Of a stretch of 32,000 bases of DNA, positions 1 to 8,646 are shown one piece after another (the first letter of the stretch is position 1; every line of letters begins with the position of its first letter). Made by a program: the position numbers and the translations under genes. The notes beneath the pieces are model-generated. The model made no database searches, had not been told where the DNA came from, and was given only the letters and a program-made list of their open reading frames with translations. The stretch covers positions 2,790,001 to 2,822,000 of the forward strand of contig NZ_JAGIOS010000001.1 in assembly GCF_017876815.1 (NCBI RefSeq), read 5' to 3'. This DNA is from Sinorhizobium meliloti. Its GTDB lineage: Bacteria; Pseudomonadota; Alphaproteobacteria; Rhizobiales; Rhizobiaceae.

Positions 1-337
1 ATACGCTCCTCGCCGCGTCGGCGGGATCGACCGGACGCGTATCCTTCATTCCTTCGGCGATCCGGGCGAGAAATTCGTCGAGCGAACGGGTGCCCTTGTC
101 CGGCGGGTGGTTCGGCCGGTATTGATCGTAATAGGCGCCTCGCACGATCAGCGGAAGCTCCGCGCCGAGATGGGCCGCGATTTCCGGAGGAAGCCGGTCC
201 CGCAGGACCCGCAGCACAACGGTCAGGATGTGCCAGGCGACTTTCCGGTCGGGTCCGTGTTGTTCCATGATTTCGCCGAGCCAAATATGGGTCGTCTGCA
301 GTGTTTTCTCGAAGACGTCGAGACCTGTGGCGCTCAT
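1..337 (-). CDS. DUF2267-like protein (N-terminal part; C-terminus lies beyond the left edge)
   Basis: Absent from the ORF track because the stop is outside the window. The reverse-strand ATG at 335-337 is preceded by AAGGGAGGTG (reverse complement of 341-350). My hand translation is MSATGLDVFEKTLQTTHIWLGEIMEQHGPDRKVAWHILTVVLRVLRDRLPPEIAAHLGAELPLIVRGAYYDQYRPNHPPDKGTRSLDEFLARIAEGMKD... and it stays open to position 1. The family assignment is from memory of DUF2267 sequences. Confidence 0.7.
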   Translation of the reverse strand, partial: MSATGLDVFEKTLQTTHIWLGEIMEQHGPDRKVAWHILTVVLRVLRDRLPPEIAAHLGAELPLIVRGAYYDQYRPNHPPDKGTRSLDEFLARIAEGMKDTRPVDPADAARSV

Positions 338-536
338 CGTCACCTCCCTTGCTTGTTGGCTGAAGCGCGACCGCATGTCTCTCTGGTGGAGCCTGTCCAG
401 GCACGAACATGCAGAATTTCGCGTCCCGCGAAGAACGCGGCGCTGTCGATTGGCCTAACAGCCATCCGCCGCGATTGTTTCGCCGCTGCCGACAAATACT
501 GCTCCGCCTCGTGCTGCCGAACAGCGTCGCGATGGC

Positions 537-561
537 GGAACATTCGCGGTTCAGTGCGGTT
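537..561 (+). promoter_or_regulatory. Candidate EcfG/RpoE2-type (general stress) promoter, GGAAC-N16-GGTT
   Basis: GGAAC lies at 537-541 and GGTT at 558-561, with 16 nt between. The alphaproteobacterial EcfG consensus is GGAAC-N16-17-cGTT. The site is 59 nt upstream of the first small ORF (ATG 620). It is a single by-eye match with no scoring matrix applied. Confidence 0.35.
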
Positions 562-619
562 AAACGAGGGAGTGAACCAGGGGCGCCCCGGAACAAGTCG
601 CAGAGCAGGAGGAAGGCCG

Positions 620-826
620 ATGACATCGTCCAAACATCCGAAGACACGCCGCCCGAGCGACAAGGACCTGAAGCAGGATCCTGGGATCGGACGCACGAAG
701 GGCATTCGCGGACCGTCGGACTACGAAGCCCTGAAACGCGGCAACACCATCGAAGGAGATGTCGCGAACGACACGACCGCGCAAGGCGGCGCGAACCCGG
801 ACCAGCGCGGTCGCACCAACAAATAG
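620..826 (+). CDS. Small hydrophilic protein, 68 aa (predicted disordered, function unknown)
   Basis: This is the C-terminal part of track ORF 107..826. An internal ATG at 620 is preceded by GGAGGAAGG. The product is MTSSKHPKTRRPSDKDLKQDPGIGRTKGIRGPSDYEALKRGNTIEGDVANDTTAQGGANPDQRGRTNK. It has no hydrophobic core. The upstream part of the long ORF is Arg/Pro-rich shadow sequence. Confidence 0.55.
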   Translation: MTSSKHPKTRRPSDKDLKQDPGIGRTKGIRGPSDYEALKRGNTIEGDVANDTTAQGGANPDQRGRTNK

Positions 827-836
827 GAGCAAGGCA

Positions 837-1079
837 ATGGTCGGCAGAAAGACGCAAGAGCAGCAGAAGCGCGTGCTGCAGGGCCGCGAGAACACGTCGA
901 ACGCGGACAAGGACTTCAATGCCGAAGCGGATCTGCACCGTTCCGACGCCTTGAGAAAGGCGCAACGGAAAGGGCAGGACTTGAGCACCGAGCATGGCGA
1001 TGCCCGCGAGGCGGACGATCGCAGCATTCTGCGCGGGAAGAATCAGGAGAGCAGGCATCACAAGGGCGCCGGCGACTGA
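837..1079 (+). CDS. Small hydrophilic protein, 80 aa (function unknown)
   Basis: The ATG at 837 is in frame with track ORF 759..1079 and has AGGAG 8-9 nt upstream. The product is MVGRKTQEQQKRVLQGRENTSNADKDFNAEADLHRSDALRKAQRKGQDLSTEHGDAREADDRSILRGKNQESRHHKGAGD. It is highly charged. Confidence 0.55.
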   Translation: MVGRKTQEQQKRVLQGRENTSNADKDFNAEADLHRSDALRKAQRKGQDLSTEHGDAREADDRSILRGKNQESRHHKGAGD

Positions 1080-1131
1080 CGAAGCTCGGCCGGCGGCCGG
1101 CATTTCCGAAAATCGATGAAAGGAGACTGCG

Positions 1132-1350
1132 ATGGCTCACGCCAGCAAGAAGAACATGGGAAAGCCCGACAAGGGCAAGGGCGACGGTAGCGGTGCGCAA
1201 ACCGAGCTGAAGGAAGGCGTCCTCGGCGAAAACGACGTTCTGTCGAACAGGGACAAGGCGCAGCATTCCGACTCGCGCGGCCTCGACGAGAGGGCGGTAA
1301 GGAACGAGCAGTATCAGGACCACGCCGCAAACCGACGCCCGTCGAAATGA
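1132..1350 (+). CDS. Small hydrophilic protein, 72 aa (function unknown)
   Basis: Track ORF 1132..1350, with AAAGGAG 7 nt upstream of the ATG. The product MAHASKKNMGKPDKGKGDGSGAQTELKEGVLGENDVLSNRDKAQHSDSRGLDERAVRNEQYQDHAANRRPSK is Lys/Gly/Asp-rich. Confidence 0.55.
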   Translation: MAHASKKNMGKPDKGKGDGSGAQTELKEGVLGENDVLSNRDKAQHSDSRGLDERAVRNEQYQDHAANRRPSK

Positions 1351-1503
1351 ACCGGCGGGCGCGTTACCGGAGATCTTGGGCGGGTTGGCCCGACCCAAGG
1401 ACGGCATGGCGATTCGAAGCGCGGGAAAACACCTTTCCACCATTGGTTCGCGCGGCGGTTCGTTCTATTTTCGCAGCTACGAACGAATCGTCGGCGGAAA
1501 AGC

Positions 1504-2298
1504 ATGCGACAATATCTCGATCTCCTCGAACATGTGATCACAACGGGTACCGACCGGGGCGACCGTACGGGTACGGGCACGCGCTCGGTTTTCGGCTACC
1601 AGATGCGCTTCGACCTGTCGCAGGGTTTCCCGGTGCTGACCACCAAGAAGCTGCATCTGCGTTCGATCATTCACGAGCTTCTGTGGTTCCTCAGGGGCGA
1701 CACGAACGTCGCCTATCTCAAGGACAACGGGGTGAGCATCTGGGACGAATGGGCGGACGAAAACGGCGAGCTCGGACCGGTCTACGGCTACCAATGGCGC
1801 TCCTGGCCGACGCCCGATGGCCGACATATCGACCAGATCGCGGCGCTGGTCGAAGGCCTGAAGACCAATCCGAATTCCCGCCGCCACATCGTTTCGGCCT
1901 GGAACCCGGCGCTTGTGGACGAAATGGCGCTGCCGCCATGCCACTGTCTGTTCCAGTTCTACGTGGCGGACGGGAAGCTCTCCTGCCAGCTCTACCAGCG
2001 CTCGGCCGATATCTTTCTCGGCGTACCCTTCAATATCGCTTCCTACGCTCTGCTGACGATGATGGTGGCGCAGGTGACGGGGCTCGAAGCCGGCGATTTC
2101 GTTCATACGCTTGGTGACGCGCATATCTACCGCAACCACTTCGAGCAGGCGCAGCTGCAGCTGACGAGAACGCCGAAGCCGCTGCCCAAAATGGAAATAA
2201 ATCCGGCGGTGAAGGATATATTTTCGTTTAGATTCGAAGACTTTGAGCTCGTCGGCTACGAAGCCGATTCACATATCAAGGCGCCGGTCGCGGTCTAG
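1504..2298 (+). CDS. thyA: Thymidylate synthase (ThyA type)
   Basis: The 264-aa ORF begins [11 protein letters not shown]...[17 protein letters not shown]. It carries the catalytic-Cys motif [13 protein letters not shown] and the motif [21 protein letters not shown], both classic for ThyA. Confidence 0.97.
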   Translation: MRQYLDLLEHVITTGTDRGDRTGTGTRSVFGYQMRFDLSQGFPVLTTKKLHLRSIIHELLWFLRGDTNVAYLKDNGVSIWDEWADENGELGPVYGYQWRSWPTPDGRHIDQIAALVEGLKTNPNSRRHIVSAWNPALVDEMALPPCHCLFQFYVADGKLSCQLYQRSADIFLGVPFNIASYALLTMMVAQVTGLEAGDFVHTLGDAHIYRNHFEQAQLQLTRTPKPLPKMEINPAVKDIFSFRFEDFELVGYEADSHIKAPVAV

Positions 2299-2359
2299 CT
2301 AAAGCACTCGGTGAAAGCCGGTTCTCGCGTTCCCGGTGGTGCTCCAATGGGAGGTTTCC

Positions 2360-2965
2360 ATGCTGACGCTGATCCACGCGCCTTTGTCGCGCTCATCGCG
2401 CATCATCTGGCTGCTCGAAGAGCTCGGTGCCGAATACGAGATCCGCTATGTCGATATCCGCCGTTGGGACGGATCGGGCGGCCCGGACGAGAACAATCCG
2501 CATCCGCACAAGCAGGTGCCGGCACTCCTCCACGACGGGACATTGATCTGGGAGTCGGTCGCGGTCGTGCAATATCTGACGGATCTCTATCCCGATTGCA
2601 GCCTGAGCCGGCCGCCGGGCCATCCCGAGCGCGGCGCCTATCTGTCGTGGCTCGCCTACTATGCCGGTGTCATCGAGCCGACCGCTCTCGCTCATATATC
2701 CGGAGTGACGGTGAACAATCCGGGGCTCGCGAGGCTTTACACCGAAATGTGTGCGCATGTGATCGACGCGCTTACGCGGCACACCTATCTCCTTGGTGAA
2801 TCGATGAGCGCCGCCGATCTGTTGCTTGCAAGCGCATTGCAGTGGATGCGCAAGATCCTGCCGGAAAGCGACGTGATAGATCGCTATATTCGCGTCGTCA
2901 CGGACCGGGCGGCGCTGGTTCGCGCGCGCGAAATCGACAACAAGCCGAGTGGTTTTCATGACTGA
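2360..2965 (+). CDS. Glutathione S-transferase family protein
   Basis: Track ORF 2336..2965. I prefer the ATG at 2360 (MLTLIHAPLSRSSRIIWLLEELGAEYEI...), which has GGGAGG 5 nt upstream. It shows an N-terminal thioredoxin-like GST fold pattern and KQVPALLHDG...ESVAVVQYL, typical of GSTs. Confidence 0.82.
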   Translation: MLTLIHAPLSRSSRIIWLLEELGAEYEIRYVDIRRWDGSGGPDENNPHPHKQVPALLHDGTLIWESVAVVQYLTDLYPDCSLSRPPGHPERGAYLSWLAYYAGVIEPTALAHISGVTVNNPGLARLYTEMCAHVIDALTRHTYLLGESMSAADLLLASALQWMRKILPESDVIDRYIRVVTDRAALVRAREIDNKPSGFHD

Positions 2966-2978
2966 GGCGGAGCAGAAG

Positions 2979-3521
2979 ATGACGACCCGACCGAAGATCG
3001 TTTTCGTCGTCGCTGTCGCGGCGAATGGAATAATCGGCCGCGAGGGCGATCTGCCCTGGCGGCTTTCGACCGATCTCAAGCGCTTCAAGGCGCTGACGAT
3101 CGGCAAGCCGGTCGTCATGGGACGGAAGACCTGGGCCTCGCTCGGGCGGCCCTTGCCCGGCAGGCCGAACATCGTCATCAGCCGCAACCCCGATTTCGAG
3201 GCTCCCGGCGCGGAGGTGGCGCCGTCGCTTGAAACGGCGCTCACGATCGCGCGGGAGCGGGCGGCCGCGGTCGGGGCCGACGAGATTTGCATCATTGGCG
3301 GCGGCGAGATCTACCGTCAGTCGATCGGCATGGCCGATGTGCTGCACGTGACCGAAGTGCAGGCGGAGGTGGATGGCGATACGCGCTTCCCTTCTATCGA
3401 CCCGGCGACTTTCGAGAAGGTGATGGAGGAAGATCTTCCGCGCAGCGAGAAAGACAGTCACGCAATGCATTTCGTGACCTGGCGCCGCCGCACGCCGCCG
3501 CCGGAAGGTGCGGGAGCCTGA
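2979..3521 (+). CDS. folA: Dihydrofolate reductase
   Basis: Track ORF 2949..3521. I prefer the ATG at 2979 (GGAG 8 nt upstream). The product begins MTTRPKIVFVVAVAANGIIGREGDLPWRLSTDLKRFKALTIGKPVVMGRKTWASLGRPLPGRPNIVISR, which are DHFR signature motifs. The start codon choice is uncertain (2949, 2958 or 2979). Confidence 0.9.
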   Translation: MTTRPKIVFVVAVAANGIIGREGDLPWRLSTDLKRFKALTIGKPVVMGRKTWASLGRPLPGRPNIVISRNPDFEAPGAEVAPSLETALTIARERAAAVGADEICIIGGGEIYRQSIGMADVLHVTEVQAEVDGDTRFPSIDPATFEKVMEEDLPRSEKDSHAMHFVTWRRRTPPPEGAGA

Positions 3522-3715
3522 GCGGTCTTCGGCGCTTATCCATGCTCTTGCCTATCGCTGCGGCGCAGCGGTGAACAATTTTAACGCATTTACGGTGAAC
3601 TCGGCCGTATCGCGTTGAAAGCAATGCACATGATACCTATAACGGGTTCACATCGTGACCGGCCGCAATGCCTGCGGGGCGTTCAGCGACAGAGTTTCTT
3701 GGAAGTGAGGATTTG

Positions 3716-4804
3716 ATGCCCTGGAGCAATCAGAATGGCGGCGGCGGCGGCCCGTGGGGCGGCGGCGGCGGCAATCAGGGGCCATGGGGCCAGGGGCCCA
3801 ACCGGCCGCGCGGCGGGAGAGGTGGTCCGCCGGATCTGGAAGAGATCATCCGGCGCGGCCAGGACCAGTTGAAGAACGTGGTTCCGGGAGGCTTCAACGG
3901 CGGGATCTTCGTGATCGTCGGCCTGTTGATCCTCGGCTTCGTCCTGCTGAATTCCATCTATACCGTTCAGCCGGATGAACGCGGCGTCGAGATGCGCTTC
4001 GGCAAGCCGAAGGAAGAAATCTCCATGCCGGGCCTGCACTATCACTTCTGGCCGCTCGAAACCGTCGAGATCGTCAAGGTGACGGAGCAGCAGCAGAATA
4101 TCGGCGGCCGCACGGGCCAGTCGAATGCCGGCCTGATGCTCAGCGGCGATCAGAACATCGTCAACGTGCAGTTCTCGGTGCTGTTCTCGGTTACCGATCC
4201 GAAGGCCTATCTCTTCAATGTCGAGAACCCGGCCGACACGCTGCAGCAGGTTGCCGAAAGCGCGATGCGCGAGGTCGTCGGCCGCCGTCCGGCCCAGGAC
4301 ATCTTCCGCGACAACCGCCAGGCCATCGCCGCGGACGTGAAGAACACGATCCAGGCGACGATGGATTCTTACGGCGCCGGCATATCGGTGAATACCGTTG
4401 CGATCGAGGATGCCGCACCGCCGCGTGAAGTGGCCGATGCCTTCGACGAAGTGCAGCGCGCCGAACAGGACGAAGACCGCTTCGTCGAGGAGGCGAACCA
4501 GTACGCCAACCAGGTGCTCGGCAGGGCCCGCGGCCAGGGCGCCCAGATCCGCGAAGAGGCGGCCGCCTACAAGGACCGCGTCGTCAAGGAAGCTCAGGGT
4601 GAGGCTCAGCGCTTCATCTCGGTCTACGACGAATATTCCAAGGCCCCGGAGGTCACGCGCAAGCGGCTTTACATCGAAACGCTGCAAGGCGTTCTCGGCA
4701 AGTCCAAGAAGGTCATTCTGGACGAGAAGAACGGCCAGGGCGTGCTGCCCTATCTGCCGCTCAACGAAATCGGCAGGCCCGTTCAGTCGGGAGGAAACCA
4801 ATGA
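3716..4804 (+). CDS. hflK: HflK (SPFH/band-7 protease modulator)
   Basis: Track ORF 3668..4804. I prefer the ATG at 3716 (GAGG 5 nt upstream). It has a Gly-rich N-terminus (MPWSNQNGGGGGPWGGGGGNQGPWG), one TM segment and then an SPFH domain. Its stop overlaps the hflC start (ATGA at 4801-4804). Confidence 0.92.
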   Translation: MPWSNQNGGGGGPWGGGGGNQGPWGQGPNRPRGGRGGPPDLEEIIRRGQDQLKNVVPGGFNGGIFVIVGLLILGFVLLNSIYTVQPDERGVEMRFGKPKEEISMPGLHYHFWPLETVEIVKVTEQQQNIGGRTGQSNAGLMLSGDQNIVNVQFSVLFSVTDPKAYLFNVENPADTLQQVAESAMREVVGRRPAQDIFRDNRQAIAADVKNTIQATMDSYGAGISVNTVAIEDAAPPREVADAFDEVQRAEQDEDRFVEEANQYANQVLGRARGQGAQIREEAAAYKDRVVKEAQGEAQRFISVYDEYSKAPEVTRKRLYIETLQGVLGKSKKVILDEKNGQGVLPYLPLNEIGRPVQSGGNQ

Positions 4805-5733
4805 TCAACAATCGCAGTTCAATAATCCTGATCGTCCTCGCCGCCGTCCTGTTCGTCGTCTATTCCTCGGTCTTCGTCGTGAACGAGCGCCAGCAGGCGA
4901 TCGTCGTTCGCTTCGGTCAGATCCGGGAGGTGAAGAGCGAGCCGGGTCTCTACTTCAAGCTTCCATTCGGCTTCATGGACGCCGACCGCGTCCAGTATGT
5001 CGAAGACCAGGCACTCCGTTTCGATCTCGACAATATCCGGGTGCAGGTCTCCGGCGGCAAATTCTACGAAGTGGATGCATTCGTCGTCTACAAGATCGCC
5101 GACCCCCGCCGCTTCCGCCAGACGGTTTCCGGAGACCGGGAATCTGCGGAGTCGCGGCTTAGGACGCGCCTCGATGCGTCGCTGCGCAGGGTCTACGGTC
5201 TGAGGGGGTTCGAGGCGGCGCTTTCCGACGAGCGCGCATCGATGATGCGTGAGGTCCGGACGGACCTCAGCGCGGATGCCGAGTCGCTTGGCCTCAATAT
5301 CGAGGACGTGCGCATCCGCCGTACGGACCTGACGCAGGAAGTTTCGCAGCAGACCTACGACCGGATGAAGGCGGAACGTCTGGCCGAAGCCGAACTGATC
5401 CGTGCCCGAGGCAACGAGGAAGGCCAGCGACGCCGCGCGATCGCCGATCGTCAAGTGGTCGAGATCGTTGCCGAAGCGCAGCGTGATTCGGAAATCCTGC
5501 GCGGTGAGGGCGAAGCGGAGCGGACCCAGATATTTGCCGACGCATTCCAGCGCGATCCGGGCTTCTTCGAGTTCTACCGGTCGATGGCTGCCTATGCGCA
5601 GTCGATCGGCAGCCCGGACACAACCATCGTGCTGTCGCCGCATTCGGAATTCTTCCGTTATTTCAACAGTGCGGACGGTGCGGATCAAACGCCACCGAGC
5701 CCGGGCCTGGCGGCGCCGACCACCGCAGATTGA
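4801..5733 (+). CDS. hflC: HflC (SPFH/band-7 protease modulator)
   Basis: The 310-aa ORF has an N-terminal TM segment (IILIVLAAVLFVVYSSVFVV), an SPFH domain and a charged coiled-coil-like C-terminal part. GGGAGGAAACCA precedes the ATG, and the gene is coupled to hflK. Confidence 0.92.
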   Translation: MINNRSSIILIVLAAVLFVVYSSVFVVNERQQAIVVRFGQIREVKSEPGLYFKLPFGFMDADRVQYVEDQALRFDLDNIRVQVSGGKFYEVDAFVVYKIADPRRFRQTVSGDRESAESRLRTRLDASLRRVYGLRGFEAALSDERASMMREVRTDLSADAESLGLNIEDVRIRRTDLTQEVSQQTYDRMKAERLAEAELIRARGNEEGQRRRAIADRQVVEIVAEAQRDSEILRGEGEAERTQIFADAFQRDPGFFEFYRSMAAYAQSIGSPDTTIVLSPHSEFFRYFNSADGADQTPPSPGLAAPTTAD

Positions 5734-5740
5734 GCGGACG

Positions 5741-5926
5741 ATGTCCGACTTTCTGACCGGTCTGGCTTTTTTCCTGATCATCGAGGGGCTGGTGTACGCA
5801 CTGGCCCCTTTGGTTTTGGTGGAACTGGCGAAGCGATTGCCGTATGTCCCTGAACATCAGCTCCGATTGGCCGGATTGACTTCGGTGGCCGTCGGCGTCG
5901 GGCTTGTATGGTTGCTTCGAGGATAA
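5741..5926 (+). CDS. DUF2065-like small membrane protein (61 aa)
   Basis: This is the tail of track ORF 5402..5926, starting at ATG 5741, 7 nt after the hflC stop. The product MSDFLTGLAFFLIIEGLVYALAPLVLVELAKRLPYVPEHQLRLAGLTSVAVGVGLVWLLRG has two hydrophobic helices. As I remember it, a DUF2065 gene downstream of hflKC is conserved synteny in proteobacteria. Confidence 0.7.
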   Translation: MSDFLTGLAFFLIIEGLVYALAPLVLVELAKRLPYVPEHQLRLAGLTSVAVGVGLVWLLRG

Positions 5927-5931
5927 TGCGA

Positions 5932-6318
5932 ATGCCACATAAATTGCTCATCCGGCTGGTCGATGCCGAATATGCCATTACCCGTCTGAACGTCGGATCC
6001 GCGATTCCCGAGTGGCTGCCGGGTCCGGGGTTCTGGACGGTTTCCAGTTCCCGCGAGGAAATGACGCTCGTCTGTCGCGCCGCCCGTGTTCCATCGAGCG
6101 TGCAGAGTTCGCTCGGCTGGCGCTGCTTCCGCATCGAGCAGCACTTCAGTTTCGACGTGCCCGGCGTTTTGTCGTCGGTGCTGCGGCCGCTTTCGGAGGC
6201 AGGTGTCGGCGTCTTCGCCAATTCGACCTTCAGCACCGACTACGTCTTCGTCGCGGGGTCCAATCTCGAGCAGGCCGTGGAGGCTCTGAAGGAGCACGGA
6301 CACGAAATAACCATCTGA
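5932..6318 (+). CDS. ACT-domain-like small protein (about 128 aa)
   Basis: Track ORF 5908..6318. I prefer the ATG at 5932 (GAGGA 8 nt upstream); alternatives are 5908 and 5926, the latter as a TAATG overlap with the previous stop. The product contains ...FSFDVPGVLSSVLRPLSEAGVGVFANSTFSTDYVFV..., which fits an ACT-like ligand-binding fold. The family call is from memory. Confidence 0.6.
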   Translation: MPHKLLIRLVDAEYAITRLNVGSAIPEWLPGPGFWTVSSSREEMTLVCRAARVPSSVQSSLGWRCFRIEQHFSFDVPGVLSSVLRPLSEAGVGVFANSTFSTDYVFVAGSNLEQAVEALKEHGHEITI

Positions 6319-6527
6319 GGCGCCGCCGGTTCGCTGCCCGGATCAGGAAATCGTGTTTGGACGCTTCGGAATTCCGCCGTATCTTCAAGAGAAGGTTCGC
6401 GTGTTGCGCGTCTCGATCAGGTCGCGCTGCGCTGTAGTTCGTTGCAGCCGAACGATGTTCATGCATCATCCTTGCCGGACGGCCGGGGACCGGCGTTACG
6501 TAAGGGAAATGATAGGAGCCTAGCGAC

Positions 6528-8039
6528 TTGTCGAAACGACCCGAATTCTTCCGCGGCCTGGTGCTGGCGGCCGCGACGGCACTCATATTCACCAATGCGA
6601 CGCTGGCCCAGACGGCCACGTCCCGGCCTCCGGCCGGCCCGCCGTCCGTCGCCGATCTCGCCGAGGGACTGCTCGACGCCGTCGTCAACATATCGATTTC
6701 GCAGAACGTCAAGAGCGACGACGACAATGCGCCGATGCCGCAGGTGCCGGAAGGATCGCCGCATCAGGAGTTCTTCGACGAGTTTTTCAGGGGACAGGGC
6801 GGCGAGGGCGGCCGGCCGCGCACGGTCAACTCGCTCGGTTCGGGCTTCATCATCGATCCGGCCGGCTACATAGTCACCAACAACCACGTCATTCAGGATG
6901 CCGACGATATCGAGATCAACTTCTCCGATGGATCGAAACTGAAGGCGAAGCTTGTCGGCATGGATACGAAAACCGACCTCGCCCTCCTGAAGGTCGAACC
7001 GAAGAAGCCGCTCAAGGCCGTCTCCTTCGGCGACTCGCGAAAGATCAGGATCGGCGATTGGGTGATGGTCGTCGGCAATCCGTTCGGCCTTGGCGTATCC
7101 GTGTCCGTGGGTGTCGTCTCCGCACGCGGTCGCAATATCAATGCCGGACCCTACGACAGTTTCATCCAGACCGACGCGGCGATCAACCGCGGCAATTCGG
7201 GCGGTCCGCTCTTCAACATGCAGGGTGAGGTCGTCGGCATCAATACGGCGATCCTTTCGCAGACCGGCATGTCGGTCGGTATCGGCTTTGCCGTGCCGGC
7301 GGAGCTTGCGGTGAACGTCGTCAATCAACTCAAGGAATTCGGCGAAACCCGCCGTGGCTGGCTCGGTGTACGGATCCAGCCCGTCACGGACGATATCGCC
7401 GAGAGCCTGAAGATGGAGCTGCCACGCGGCGCGCTCGTTTCGGGCATCATCGAAGGCGGTCCGATCACCAAGGGCGAGATCAAGCCGGGCGACATCATCA
7501 TCCGCTTCGACGGAACGGATATCGCGGAAATCCGCGACCTCATGCGCACTGTCGGCGAGAGCCCGGTCGGCAAGGCGGTCGATGTGGTCATCATCCGCGA
7601 CGGCAAGGAACAGACCGTTCGCGTGACGCTCGGTCGGCTGGAGGACGGCGAGCAGCTCGCCAATGCGAAACCGGGGGAAGTGCTGCCGAATGGCGGTGAG
7701 GCGAAGCCCGGCGAGCCGCCGGCCGCGCAACTGCCTGCGAGTGACACGGTGCTCGGAATGAAGCTTGCCGAGCTCGACGCCGACAGTCGCCAGAGTTTCG
7801 GCATCGCCGAAAGCGTCAAAGGCGTCGTGATCACCGAGGTACAGCCCAATTCGCCCGCGGCCGAGCGTCGGGTAGAGCCGGGCGAGGTGATCGTCGAACT
7901 CGGTCAGGAAGCAATGGAAACGCCGGAGGATGTCACCTCACGCGTCACCGAACTGAAGGCCGACGGGCGCCGCAACGCCTTGCTGATGATCGCGAACAAG
8001 AGCGGCGAACTGCGCTTCGTGACGGTGCGGATGGAATAG
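6528..8039 (+). CDS. degP: Periplasmic serine endoprotease, DegP/HtrA (Do) family, two PDZ domains
   Basis: The 503-aa ORF has a TTG start with AGGAG 8 nt upstream and a signal peptide (LVLAAATALIFTNATLAQT). The catalytic triad context is TNNHV (His), KTDLALLKV (Asp) and GNSGGPLF (Ser). Two PDZ-like C-terminal segments follow. Confidence 0.93.
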   Translation: MSKRPEFFRGLVLAAATALIFTNATLAQTATSRPPAGPPSVADLAEGLLDAVVNISISQNVKSDDDNAPMPQVPEGSPHQEFFDEFFRGQGGEGGRPRTVNSLGSGFIIDPAGYIVTNNHVIQDADDIEINFSDGSKLKAKLVGMDTKTDLALLKVEPKKPLKAVSFGDSRKIRIGDWVMVVGNPFGLGVSVSVGVVSARGRNINAGPYDSFIQTDAAINRGNSGGPLFNMQGEVVGINTAILSQTGMSVGIGFAVPAELAVNVVNQLKEFGETRRGWLGVRIQPVTDDIAESLKMELPRGALVSGIIEGGPITKGEIKPGDIIIRFDGTDIAEIRDLMRTVGESPVGKAVDVVIIRDGKEQTVRVTLGRLEDGEQLANAKPGEVLPNGGEAKPGEPPAAQLPASDTVLGMKLAELDADSRQSFGIAESVKGVVITEVQPNSPAAERRVEPGEVIVELGQEAMETPEDVTSRVTELKADGRRNALLMIANKSGELRFVTVRME

Positions 8040-8070
8040 AGCTCGCGCTCCCGACCGTGGCGACGGGGTG

Positions 8071-8646
8071 CTACCGCTTCGCGGCCGAGCCATCCCGCCG
8101 CCATTCTTCCGCGGTTGTTGCGTAAAGCACGTGGCGTCTGAGATGGGGATGCGTGTCCGGGACGCCGGAATGATCGAAGTCGCGCTTGGAATCAGGACGC
8201 ATGCCGATCCGCGTCATCACGGCGGTGGAGCGAGTGTTGGCCGGAACGGCGATGGCAACGATCTCCCCGAGCTTCCTCTCGCTGAATCCATAATCGAGAA
8301 GCGCCCGCGCTGCCTCCGTCACGTAGCCCTTTCCCCAATGGCGGAGAGCCAGGCGCCAGCCGATCTCGACGGTGCCGTCGGGCAGGTGCGGTTCGAGGTC
8401 GGTGCGTGCAAGTCCGCAGAAGCCGATCGGCGCGTCGTTCTCACGGAACGCGAGCGCGAAGAAGCCGAAGCCGGTTTCGCGGATGTTGCGGTTGTTGCGG
8501 TCGAAAAGCGCGTCGGCCTCCGCGCGGGTGCGGCGGAACGGGAAGAACTCCATGACCGCGGGATCGCTGTTGATCTCGGCAAAGAGTTCGCGATCGGTCT
8601 CGATCCAGGCGCGGAGCCTGAGCCGCCCGGTCTCGAGGATGATCAC
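8071..8646 (-). CDS. GNAT family N-acetyltransferase (RimJ/RimL-like)
   Basis: The 191-aa ORF begins MIILETGRLRLRAWIETDRELFAEINSDPAVMEFFPF and contains ...WRLALRHWGKGYVTEAARALLDYGF, typical of Acetyltransf_3/GNAT proteins. Its GTG start overlaps the serB stop (GTGA). Confidence 0.85.
   Translation of the reverse strand: MIILETGRLRLRAWIETDRELFAEINSDPAVMEFFPFRRTRAEADALFDRNNRNIRETGFGFFALAFRENDAPIGFCGLARTDLEPHLPDGTVEIGWRLALRHWGKGYVTEAARALLDYGFSERKLGEIVAIAVPANTRSTAVMTRIGMRPDSKRDFDHSGVPDTHPHLRRHVLYATTAEEWRRDGSAAKR

Noticed and set aside
590-614. Second GGAAC (590-594), considered as another EcfG-type -35 box.
   Set aside because: No GTT-type -10 lies at the right spacing; the sequence at +16 is GGAA. 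The box is only about 25 nt from the ATG at 620 and overlaps the SD region.
3536-3544. TTATCCATG, resembling a DnaA box (TTATCCACA), in the folA-hflK intergenic region. GTGAAC direct and inverted repeats lie nearby at 3572-3655.
   Set aside because: It is a single imperfect box with no cluster, no AT-rich unwinding element and no replication genes nearby. The GTGAAC repeats are short enough to arise by chance, so this is not enough to call a regulatory site.
3683-4801. 372-aa minus-strand ORF opposite hflK. Similar long antisense ORFs are 6459..7730 (opposite degP), 13845..15023 (opposite ilvI), 4819..5781 (opposite hflC), 20806..21699 (opposite the NHase genes), 25855..26955 (opposite the helicase) and 1477..2139 (opposite thyA).
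   Set aside because: All are mirror-frame ORFs opposite genes with strong family signatures. They lack SD sequences and have Arg/Ala/Asp/Gly/Leu-dominated, low-complexity composition.
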